From positions 2,432 through 66,431 of the forward strand of contig CAUZHA010000009.1 of the NCBI GenBank assembly GCA_963579555.1: a DNA stretch of 64,000 nucleotides. The letters are read 5' to 3'. This stretch comes from Planctomycetes bacterium UBA1146. GTDB taxonomy: Bacteria > Planctomycetota > UBA8108. Made by a program: the position numbers and the translations under genes. Under the pieces are notes generated by a model, which had not been told where the DNA came from, did not search any database, and was given only the letters and a program-made list of their open reading frames with translations. Shown here in pieces: positions 30,032-38,177 of the stretch; the stretch's first letter is position 1, and every line of letters begins with the position of its first letter.

Positions 30032-30958
30032 CATTTCCCATTCAAGAAATCGGGCTTCAGCAAAGAGGGCGTCCGAAAGGAATCGCTTCCCGTCAGAGGT
30101 CTCTAAACATCTTCCCTCTCAGGATCTGTCGGTTCTTACCTGAACCGGAAAATCCCAGGAAACAGTCAGGGAGTAATAAAGAAGATATTTCTATTTCTGG
30201 TCTATTCAGGCATGCACCAAAGACCCTGTTTTTCCCACACGACAAATGGACGCCGCAAGAAATCAGGAATGCACACCAAGTAGTAGATGTTAACTCTCCA
30301 CTATGAGTTTGAAAACCCCCTTTTCCTTAGAAAGAACCGGAAGCTGGCCCAGGGCCAAAGCAGTGACTCCAGATCCTGAAAGCATGTAAGACTCTAAACT
30401 TGCGGGGCTCCATTCCGGCTAAAACCCTTAAGGTCAGGCCATCGGGATACACACATCTCGCAATTGCCGTTCCGGCATCCGCAATTTAGATAATCTTCTA
30501 CTAAGCATTATAACCTAAACAGTTTATGGGAAGCTGGATGACCAGTTACGGGACTTCGACTGCAAAAATGGCGCGTAAGTGTATCCATTTCGCCCCACCT
30601 GCCAAAAAGATGTACGAAAGCTGCCGGGTTCATAAGGACCCCAACTTGCCCCTAACCCGCAAATGTGGGCAGAGTCGAAACAGATGGCTTACAATGCAGT
30701 AGAAGATTCGTGATGTAAGATTATTTCTTCAACAGCAACCCGCCAGGCCCATCCTGAAAGATGTCACGCAGCTTTAAAATCCTCTTCGAACGCGAACGGG
30801 AGTTCTTCTCCCGACTGTTCTCTTCATTGAAGAGGAGTGATCTTAAGCGTAGACCTTCCCGTCGACCGCCAAGGGGCCATCCCCGCTCCCCCAACCTGGC
30901 TCCACTCCAACAGATTTCCTTCCGCCGCAGGTACCCGAAGCTGACGAGCCTGTTGGCC

Positions 30959-32464
30959 ATGAGCGCTTCAATTGTTTTCCATCTCACCATCGGCCTGCTC
31001 CTGATCTCCTGGCTCTTTGAGAAACCGACTCCTCCACAACCAAGAGAGTTCATCGTCTCGATACGTCTCGCCCCGAAAAAGCTGCCGCCTGAAAAGAAAC
31101 CGGGCGAAACAGATCAGCCGCAGCCCGTAGAACAGAAAAAGGAAGTGCCTGAGAAGCCTGCCGAAAAGCCGGTCAGGCCCAGGCCTCAAAAGAAAACTCC
31201 AGTAAAGGAAATCGCCCGGGTAGAAAAGAAGGCTCCACCCAGACCGAAGCCGAAGAGAGAGACGAGCAGTCCGGACACGAGGAGCCTGCGACAGTTCAGG
31301 AAGGCTCCGCCGCTTGGACTGGGCGCATCCCCGCCCGGCCTGGCAGGCGGCTCGAAGATTGGCGGTGGAGCGCTTGGCTCGCGGGGGAGGGATGCCAAGA
31401 CGGTGGCGCTGCAGCGCTACGGAGGCAACGGCCGTACCGAGAACGCCGTCGACATGGGGCTCCGCTGGCTGGCGGCTCACCAGGATTCCGACGGCGGCTG
31501 GGATGCGAAAGATTACCAGCGACACTGCCGCAATCATCCCAAGTGCAAGGGACAGGGATTGATGGAATTTGACCTGGGAACATCGGCCCTCGCGACACTC
31601 GCCTTCCTCGGATCGGGCCACTCGCCCAATAAGGAGGGCCCCTACCGCCGCCACGTCACCAAGGCTCTGCAAAACCTGCTAAACGCGCAAAACGGCAGCG
31701 GCAGCTTCTACCCGTCAGGTGACAAGTATTTCTACAATCACGCCCTGGTGACCCTGGCCATCGCCGAGGCCTACGCCATGACCCGCGACCCCGGCTACAA
31801 GGACAGCCTGGAGAACGCTCTGGAATACACCTTCTCCTCCCAACAACCTGGTGGAGGATGGGACTACACCACCGCGAAAACCGGTCGAAACGACCTCTCC
31901 ATTACTGGCTGGCAGGTGATGGCCCTGCGAGCCTCGGACAAGGCGGGCATTCGCATTCCCGCGAAGATCCGCCAGAACGTCAGCCATTTCATCAATCGCG
32001 CTTTCACCAAGAACGGCTATGGAATCTATGCCAACATCGATCCGGAGGCCGGCCGCAAGGGGGCCAATATGGTTGCCGTCGCCCTCCTCTCCCATCTCTA
32101 CAGCGGCGGTATCTCCTCCGACTCAAGAGCCAGGAAGGCCATTGCGCACCTGGTCCAGGGGAATCCTCCGGAAGGAAAGAAGCTGGCCAACTGGGAATTG
32201 AACTACCAGTCCTACTACTACTGGTACGCGGCGACCCTGGCTCTCTTCAATGTAGGAGGCAAGACCTGGGAAGCGTGGAACATCCTGCTGCAGCGGACGT
32301 CCCTTCCGCTGCAACGGCGGGATGCCCACATCTCAGGCAGCTGGGACCCCGAGCCCAGCTGGATCGGCCGAAGCGGAGGCCGGATCTACTCGACGGCGAT
32401 CAATGTGCTCACCCTCGAGGTCTACTATCGCTACAGACCCGTCTTTACCTCTCGCAAATCATAG
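30959..32464 (+). CDS. Membrane-anchored prenyltransferase/squalene-cyclase-like repeat protein with TonB-like N-terminus (TM helix + Pro/Lys-rich linker)
   Basis: The ORF is open from 30761, but the first 66 codons are Arg-rich junk-like. ATG 30959 gives MSASIVFHLTIGLLLISWLF (TM), then PPQPREFIVSIRLAPKKLPPEKKPGETDQPQPVEQKKEVPEKPAEKPVRPRPQKK… as linker, then QW-type repeats (AAHQDSDGGWDAKDY…, NAQNGSGSFYPSG…, SSQQPGGGWDYTT…). It is a paralogue of 8513..9694. Confidence 0.55.
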   Translation: MSASIVFHLTIGLLLISWLFEKPTPPQPREFIVSIRLAPKKLPPEKKPGETDQPQPVEQKKEVPEKPAEKPVRPRPQKKTPVKEIARVEKKAPPRPKPKRETSSPDTRSLRQFRKAPPLGLGASPPGLAGGSKIGGGALGSRGRDAKTVALQRYGGNGRTENAVDMGLRWLAAHQDSDGGWDAKDYQRHCRNHPKCKGQGLMEFDLGTSALATLAFLGSGHSPNKEGPYRRHVTKALQNLLNAQNGSGSFYPSGDKYFYNHALVTLAIAEAYAMTRDPGYKDSLENALEYTFSSQQPGGGWDYTTAKTGRNDLSITGWQVMALRASDKAGIRIPAKIRQNVSHFINRAFTKNGYGIYANIDPEAGRKGANMVAVALLSHLYSGGISSDSRARKAIAHLVQGNPPEGKKLANWELNYQSYYYWYAATLALFNVGGKTWEAWNILLQRTSLPLQRRDAHISGSWDPEPSWIGRSGGRIYSTAINVLTLEVYYRYRPVFTSRKS

Positions 32465-32495
32465 AGGGGCTCCGAGCAAGGTTCAGCACGATCGG

Positions 32496-33191
32496 ATGAA
32501 AGAGATGCGCTCTGAAAACCCGGCAACGATTCGTGAGTGGGATCGCCTGGCTATCGAAGAATACGGGATTCCCGGAATCGCTCTCATGGAAAACGCCGGG
32601 GCGGGAGCCGCCAGGATCATCTCCGGGCTGAGCGAAAAGGACTGTCCTCCCCCCTTCATCATCCTTTGCGGTCCCGGCAACAACGGCGGGGACGGCTATG
32701 TCGTGGCCCGGCATCTGTACAACTCAGGCTTCGCGGTAGAGGTCTGCCTCTGCTTTGCCCCGGAGAACCTGGACCGGGCATCGGATGCCGGCGTCAATCT
32801 GGGCGTGATTGAACGAATGGGGATCCCGACCTCCTCGCCCGGCGAGGCCGGGCCTGGGCGACTCCTCGAACGATCTGCAGGCTTTACCGCGATCGACGCC
32901 CTGCTGGGAACCGGTCTGAGCCGGCCGTTGGAGGGTTCCATCCTGGCCTGGGTCGAGGCCCTCTCGCAGAGTGAACAGCCCATCATCTCCCTCGACATCC
33001 CCACAGGACTCGATGGCCAGCTCGGTACAATCCTTGGAAGCTGCGCTCCGGCAAGCCACACCATCACCTTCGCCGCTGCTAAAACCGGGTTCTTCCGGGG
33101 GCGAGGGCCTGACATTACCGGACAAATACATGTAGTAGAGATCGGTCTACCGGCTAGCATCCGAGAAATTACGGAAAAGCAGCAAGGCTGA
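32496..33191 (+). CDS. NAD(P)H-hydrate epimerase (YjeF N-terminal domain only)
   Basis: …MENAGAGAARIISGL…FIILCGPGNNGGDGYVVARHLYNSGFAVEV…IDALLGTGLSRPLEG…SLDIPTGL…. The ORF is open from 32322, but ATG 32496 follows the upstream stop (32464) and matches family length. No YjeF-C dehydratase domain is attached. Confidence 0.75.
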   Translation: MKEMRSENPATIREWDRLAIEEYGIPGIALMENAGAGAARIISGLSEKDCPPPFIILCGPGNNGGDGYVVARHLYNSGFAVEVCLCFAPENLDRASDAGVNLGVIERMGIPTSSPGEAGPGRLLERSAGFTAIDALLGTGLSRPLEGSILAWVEALSQSEQPIISLDIPTGLDGQLGTILGSCAPASHTITFAAAKTGFFRGRGPDITGQIHVVEIGLPASIREITEKQQG

Positions 33192-33293
33192 GGCCTGTTT
33201 TTTCGATACTTTACTATCGAACTCCTCTTCTCAGGGTACTCTAGTGGTACCTTGAAGAATTCCTGATGTCCTCTGGAACAGAGCCCATTCAGC

Positions 33294-33932
33294 ATGCTTG
33301 ATACAATTGAAAAGACCATCTACGGAATCTGCGGCGTAGCCCTTCTCGGCGTCACCGTACTCTACGCCTGGAACCAGGTCCCCGACACCGACCCGAGAGA
33401 GTTCATCCCCGATTCGATCATCACCACCGCCCCCCCCCAGCAGCTGACCGCCCCCAAGGGAGGCGCGAAGCAAACCCCGGTGACCGCCAACAAGATCACC
33501 ATCGAAAAAAACAAGGTCCTCGGCAAGCTTCGCAAGGCCACACATCGCCCCATCTCGGTGACGGACATCGAGGTCAAGTACATGCAGATTCAGAAGCAGA
33601 GCTTCGACTTTATTAAAAACGAAACCAACTGGCTGCCGGAGTTGAAGCTGGCCGGAAGCAGGGTGAAGACCAACAAGAAGGATAACAGCCAGAGCCTGGA
33701 GCTCACCAAGGTCAAGGAAGGCTCGCTGCTGCGCTCGGTCGTCGGACTCGAATCGGGCGACACCATCGAGCTCATCAATGGAGAGCGGTGGGACTTCACT
33801 GGAGAAAACACCCTCAACTACCGCGCCCAGGCGCTCGATATGATTGACAAGATCCAGGCCGGCGGAAGCATCAGCCTGACCATCACTCGCGACAACGCGC
33901 CTCAACACCTCACCTTCAGCCTCCTCGAATGA
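33294..33932 (+). CDS. Hypothetical single-TM protein (GspC/PDZ-like C-terminal region possible)
   Basis: 212 aa with N-terminal TM (IYGICGVALLGVTVLYAW). The C-terminal …LTKVKEGSLLRSVVGLESGDTIELINGERW… resembles a PDZ-like fold, which is a weak call. ATGA overlap with the downstream M20 peptidase gene. Confidence 0.4.
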   Translation: MLDTIEKTIYGICGVALLGVTVLYAWNQVPDTDPREFIPDSIITTAPPQQLTAPKGGAKQTPVTANKITIEKNKVLGKLRKATHRPISVTDIEVKYMQIQKQSFDFIKNETNWLPELKLAGSRVKTNKKDNSQSLELTKVKEGSLLRSVVGLESGDTIELINGERWDFTGENTLNYRAQALDMIDKIQAGGSISLTITRDNAPQHLTFSLLE

Positions 33933-35092
33933 TCAAGAGAGCTCTTGCCATCAGACACCTGATGGATCTCTTGAAGGTTCCCGGCCCCAGCGGCGGGGAA
34001 GCCGCTGTCGCAGCGCTGGTCATTGCGAAGCTCATCGAATGCGGCTGCAAAAAATCCTGGCTGAGCCACGACAATGCCCATAAAAAAATTGGCGACGGCT
34101 ACGAGGTCGGCAACCTGATCGTCAAGCTGCCGGGCACCACCAGGGGCCCTCGCCGGCTCTTCTCCGGCCACATGGATACCGTACCGCTCTGCCAAGGAGC
34201 GGTCCCCGTCCGGCGCGGCAACAGGATCGTCCCACGGACCCGGACGGCCCTCGGCGGCGACAACCGTACGGCGGTGAGTTGCCTGGTGACTATCGTCGAG
34301 ACTCTCCTCCATGAGAAGCTCCCCCACCCCCCGCTGACGTTCCTCTTTACCGTTGGCGAGGAGGTTGGCCTGAGGGGAGCGAGGCAGGTCAAGTCCAGCG
34401 ACCTGGGCAAGCCGGCCATGGGCTTCAATTACGATGGAGGTGACCCGGCCTCGATCATCATCGGCGCGACAGGAGCCGATCGCTGGCAAGCCGAGGTCCG
34501 AGGCATATCCTCCCACGCCGGCGTGCATCCTGAGGACGGCGTGTCAGCGTCCCTCATCACCAGCAAGGCCATCTCCGAGATCGCCGCGAAAGGTTTTTTT
34601 GGAGATGTCCGAAAGGGTAAAAAAAGCGGGACCTCCAATGTCGGCCCCATGCAGGGCGGCGAGGCCACCAACCAGGTAACGGATCTCATGGTGCTCCGCG
34701 GCGAATGCCGCAGCCATGATGCGGCATTCCTCGACCGCATCACCGAGGCCTATCGCCGCTCATTTGAAGCGGCCGCCGCCTCGGTTAAAAACGCCGCGGG
34801 AGAAAGCGGGAGCGTCAAGTTCAACATCGCAAGGGACTACCATTCTTTCGAGATGAAGAGCGACTCGCCGGTTGTACGCCAGACGCAGGAGGCGGTCAAG
34901 AAGCTCGGCCTCGAACCCAGGCTGGTCATCGCCAATGGCGGCCTTGACGCCAACTGGCTCAACCGCAAGGGCATCCCAACCGTGACGTTAGGCGCCGGCC
35001 AGCACAACGCCCACACCCTGCGAGAGTATGCCGACATCGGGGAATACCTGCTTGGCTGCGAACTGGGGCTATCCCTGGCCTCGGCGATCTGA
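33929..35092 (+). CDS. M20-family metallopeptidase (peptidase T-like)
   Basis: …LFSGHMDTVP… …LFTVGEEVGLRGA… …PMQGGEATNQV…; overall M20/M25/M40 architecture. Confidence 0.75.
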   Translation: MIKRALAIRHLMDLLKVPGPSGGEAAVAALVIAKLIECGCKKSWLSHDNAHKKIGDGYEVGNLIVKLPGTTRGPRRLFSGHMDTVPLCQGAVPVRRGNRIVPRTRTALGGDNRTAVSCLVTIVETLLHEKLPHPPLTFLFTVGEEVGLRGARQVKSSDLGKPAMGFNYDGGDPASIIIGATGADRWQAEVRGISSHAGVHPEDGVSASLITSKAISEIAAKGFFGDVRKGKKSGTSNVGPMQGGEATNQVTDLMVLRGECRSHDAAFLDRITEAYRRSFEAAAASVKNAAGESGSVKFNIARDYHSFEMKSDSPVVRQTQEAVKKLGLEPRLVIANGGLDANWLNRKGIPTVTLGAGQHNAHTLREYADIGEYLLGCELGLSLASAI

Positions 35093-35119
35093 GCCTGGCA
35101 GCCGCGGCTCCTCCGGACC

Positions 35120-36055
35120 TCAGACCTCGATCTCGAAGCGACGAACGAGGTTGTAGAGGGTCTTGACGTTGATTCCAAGCTGGCTGGCGGTGAGCATCCT
35201 GTTGCCGCCGTTGCGCTGGAGAACCCGGATAACGTGAGCTCGCTTGACCTCCTCCAGGCTGTCGACGGATGCGGCTCCTGCCCCTCCCGACCGTCTCTGA
35301 ATCATTCCCTTCGTGTGTTCGAGAACCTCAGACTCGGTGACGACTCGCCGTTCACAGAGCAGGAGCAGGCGCTCGACAACATTCTCCAGCTCGCGAACAT
35401 TTCCTTCCCAGCTGAAGCCCGCCAACAGTTCGAGGGCGCCGGGACTGAACGCTCTCAACTCGATGCCCTCCGCAGCGGCCAGCCTTCGGGAAAACTGCCC
35501 TATTAGAACGGGAATATCCCGAATTCTCTCCCGAAGCGGAGGAACGACGAGAAGGACGACATTCAGTCGATAGTAGAGGTCGAGGCGAAAACGTCCTTCC
35601 CTGACCTCCCTGTGGAGATCTTTATTGGAGGCCGCGAGAATCCGCGCATCCGTATCGATCAGCGTCGTTCCTCCCAGCCTCCGAAGCTCGCGTGATTGCA
35701 GAACCCTCAAGACCTTGACCTGCATGGCCGAGGACATCTCTCCCACCTCATCGAGGAAGACCGTCCCGCCATCTGCGAGCTCAAACAGACCCTTGCGTCT
35801 CTCGACGGCGCCGGTAAAGGCTCCTCTCTCATGGCCGAAAAGTTCACTCTCCAGCAGCGCCTCGGCGAGGGCTCCGCAGTTGACCGCCACGAAGTCCGCG
35901 TCGGCTCGCGGGCTGCGCTGGTGAAGGTGACGGGCCAGCACCTCTTTGCCGGTTCCACTCTCGCCCTGGATCAATACCGTCGTGTCAGTGGGCGCCACCC
36001 GCTCGGCAAGCGAGATGATCTCCTTCATGCGCTCGCTCTCACAGACCAGCTCCAC
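35120..36055 (-). CDS. Sigma-54-dependent transcriptional activator (AAA+ + Fis-type HTH, no sensory/receiver domain)
   Basis: …[19 protein letters not shown]…[29 protein letters not shown]…[12 protein letters not shown]…VRILAASN…[13 protein letters not shown]…[12 protein letters not shown]… then C-terminal HTH (…[18 protein letters not shown]). The ORF is open to 36304 but overlaps the HD-GYP gene (stop at 36132) in another frame. A likely start is GTG 36055 or ATG 36028. Confidence 0.75.
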   Translation of the reverse strand: MELVCESERMKEIISLAERVAPTDTTVLIQGESGTGKEVLARHLHQRSPRADADFVAVNCGALAEALLESELFGHERGAFTGAVERRKGLFELADGGTVFLDEVGEMSSAMQVKVLRVLQSRELRRLGGTTLIDTDARILAASNKDLHREVREGRFRLDLYYRLNVVLLVVPPLRERIRDIPVLIGQFSRRLAAAEGIELRAFSPGALELLAGFSWEGNVRELENVVERLLLLCERRVVTESEVLEHTKGMIQRRSGGAGAASVDSLEEVKRAHVIRVLQRNGGNRMLTASQLGINVKTLYNLVRRFEIEV

Positions 36056-36131
36056 TCGACCGCAGTGGGCAGTCTCACTTCGCCGTCGTCCGGCCGGTCG
36101 CCCGGCAGCCTTGTCAACGCGAAACGAGGGC

Positions 36132-36995
36132 TCAGGCACTGGTATAGATTCGCTCCCTGTAATAGGTGAGATTACCCAGGAAGATGCCGACGATTTCGCT
36201 GTCAAGGTGGCTACCGACAGCGGCTGCCAGGTTTTTCCGAATCGTTGACTCAGCCAGGCTGTCCTGGTATGGACGACAACCCGCCATGGCATCGTAGGCG
36301 TCACAGACCGCCAGGATTCTCGCCTCTACCGGGATCTCTTCCCCCACGAGCCCATCGGGGTAGCCTCCCCCGTCCATCCGCTCGTGGTGGTGCCGAACAG
36401 CCGCCGCCGCCCAGCCGCAATCCAGCAGGCGCGCGAGCGGCGCGACCAGGGCCTCTGAATATTCAGGGTGAGCCTTGATCTCTTCGTATTCCTCGTGCGA
36501 CAGCTTGCCGGGCTTCCTGAGAACCTCGCCTGAAATAGCCAGCTTTCCGACATCGTGAAGAGCTCCGACCCACTCGAACTCGGCGGACTGCTCCCTCGAC
36601 AGGCCGAGGTCCGCGGCAAGCAGAGCCGAGAGAAGCCCCACTCGCCTCGAATGCTCATCGAGATATTCAGCCTTGCAACGCAGAGCCGCCATGAAGTCAT
36701 TGGTGCGTTCCCGCAGAATCGTCTCGGTGGCGGTGGCGCTGAGAGACTCGATGGAGCCAATAGCCAGGGGCGCCTCGACCTCGGCAAGGGCGCCGCGCAG
36801 GAGACAGGTGTCCGGCCAGGATCGACCCGGGGAGACGAATGGCTCGCCCTGGATGCCCGGCAGGATGCAATCGGTCAGCAGCGCTGTAGTCGAGGGGAGC
36901 GCTGCCGGAGAGGTGTCCTCGGCGGCATGGGCAACGCGAACCGCGCCGGCCCGATCTTCCCCGCTACCTGTTTTTCTCTTTTGCGACATATTCAA
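36132..36995 (-). CDS. HD-GYP domain phosphodiesterase (c-di-GMP), stand-alone
   Basis: …[13 protein letters not shown]… …[12 protein letters not shown]… …[14 protein letters not shown]… (HD and HHExxDGxGYP signatures). ATGA overlap with the upstream gene at 36992-36995. Confidence 0.8.
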   Translation of the reverse strand: MNMSQKRKTGSGEDRAGAVRVAHAAEDTSPAALPSTTALLTDCILPGIQGEPFVSPGRSWPDTCLLRGALAEVEAPLAIGSIESLSATATETILRERTNDFMAALRCKAEYLDEHSRRVGLLSALLAADLGLSREQSAEFEWVGALHDVGKLAISGEVLRKPGKLSHEEYEEIKAHPEYSEALVAPLARLLDCGWAAAAVRHHHERMDGGGYPDGLVGEEIPVEARILAVCDAYDAMAGCRPYQDSLAESTIRKNLAAAVGSHLDSEIVGIFLGNLTYYRERIYTSA

Positions 36996-37897
36996 CTCCC
37001 GCTATTGCGATGCCGGGCTCTCATCTTCCCTGGCTCGGAATCGAGCCGACGAGAGAACCAGGACCTGTCAACCTCTGTCCCGAGATGATGCCGGAGGCGG
37101 TTCATTTCGGCGGCCTCGGCGCCACCGACCCAGAAGCCTGCGATCCCGGCTGGAAGATCAGGGAGCTCGACCGTCCCCTTCGTCTCGCGAAGAATTCCCT
37201 GAAGCTCTGCCTCGAGCTGGAGATAGTTCCCTGGCCAGGGGTAGGTGACCAGCGCTCCGAAGGCCTCGGGGCTGAACTCGCGTCCCCCTGGAGAGACCTC
37301 GAGCTCGCCGGCCTGGTGATCGAGCAGGCTGCCAAGGTCCCGCATCCTGCAGCGCAGCGGCGAGACCGTAATGGCAGAGCGGCTGAGGACTTCAAAGAGG
37401 CGCCGAGAGTAGAGTCCCGCCCTGGTAAAAGACGCAAGGTTCCTTGGGCTCGAAAACAGGAGCCGTATCGGGAAGCTTCCCTCCAGGTAATCTGCAAGCC
37501 GGCCCTGCAATCGCAGGGAGAGCTCTTCGCACCGGGAAAGGTAGCAGGTGCCGCCCGCGGAGCCCTCCTCGAGCTGCAGAAGGACTCCCTCCAGTTCATC
37601 CTCGAAAAACCTCGAGCAATCGACCGCCTCGAAGGGCAGGTTGCCCGTCTTTGACCCCGCATGGATGAAACGAGCGATTCGCTCTTTGCCAACGCCCCCC
37701 TCGCCCATCAGGAGAACAGGTCCTGCCAACTCAACAGCCGCCATGACAGCCGCGCGAAGCTCCACCGCAAGTGAGCTTGACCCGCCCAGGACCCCGGGAC
37801 AATGCGTTTGCATCGAATGCACATCCGGCAACCCGCGCCGGCGGGCGCCGCCGGGCATGAGAGACCCGAAAGTATTGGGATCCAGGTGTTCTGGCAT
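36992..37897 (-). CDS. Degenerate sigma-54-activator-like AAA+ protein (no GAFTGA loop, degenerate Walker B, no HTH)
   Basis: Aligns by eye to the EBP central domain: LLMGEGGVGKERIARFIH (Walker A), LPFEAVDC, …FPIRLLFSSPRNL…GLYSRRLFEVL…, …TYPWPGNYLQLEAELQGIL…. However ESELFGH…GAFTGA is replaced by EDELEGVLLQLEEGSAGG, and the protein ends without a DNA-binding domain. Confidence 0.6.
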   Translation of the reverse strand: MPEHLDPNTFGSLMPGGARRRGLPDVHSMQTHCPGVLGGSSSLAVELRAAVMAAVELAGPVLLMGEGGVGKERIARFIHAGSKTGNLPFEAVDCSRFFEDELEGVLLQLEEGSAGGTCYLSRCEELSLRLQGRLADYLEGSFPIRLLFSSPRNLASFTRAGLYSRRLFEVLSRSAITVSPLRCRMRDLGSLLDHQAGELEVSPGGREFSPEAFGALVTYPWPGNYLQLEAELQGILRETKGTVELPDLPAGIAGFWVGGAEAAEMNRLRHHLGTEVDRSWFSRRLDSEPGKMRARHRNSGS

Positions 37898-38031
37898 GGT
37901 TCAACATCCGCTTGATTCAACAGCTTCTTCGCGGTTGAAGGCGCTACGCGGACTGCTCGCCCGTTATAACTGCCCTTGCCGCCAATCCGCCTGTTAGCGA
38001 TTGACAAACCCCAAAACCCAGCGCCAGAGAA

Positions 38032-38060
38032 GTATATGGCCTGTTAGGAACACCGTCAAA
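38032..38060 (-). promoter_or_regulatory. Candidate sigma70-type promoter for the EBP-like/HD-GYP/EBP operon
   Basis: Minus strand reads TTGACG (38060..38055) - 17 bp - TATACT (38037..38032), ~135 nt upstream of ATG 37897. Sequence-only prediction. Confidence 0.4.
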
Positions 38061-38177
38061 CCGGCCTGAGCGCCGATAAAAGCGCTCCCTGCGGCCTCCA
38101 GAGGGCCCTTCCGCCAGCATCCGGAAGGAAGCTTCTCCCCGCCGGCTGTTTTCGGAAGTTCAGATGGTCCGGGAAAC

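Noticed and set aside
30425-30445. aaggtcaggcc resembling the SRP RNA domain IV motif, found near ftsY
   Set aside because: Only ~8 nt of similarity and no flanking helix 8 symmetric-loop structure, so it is taken as coincidental.
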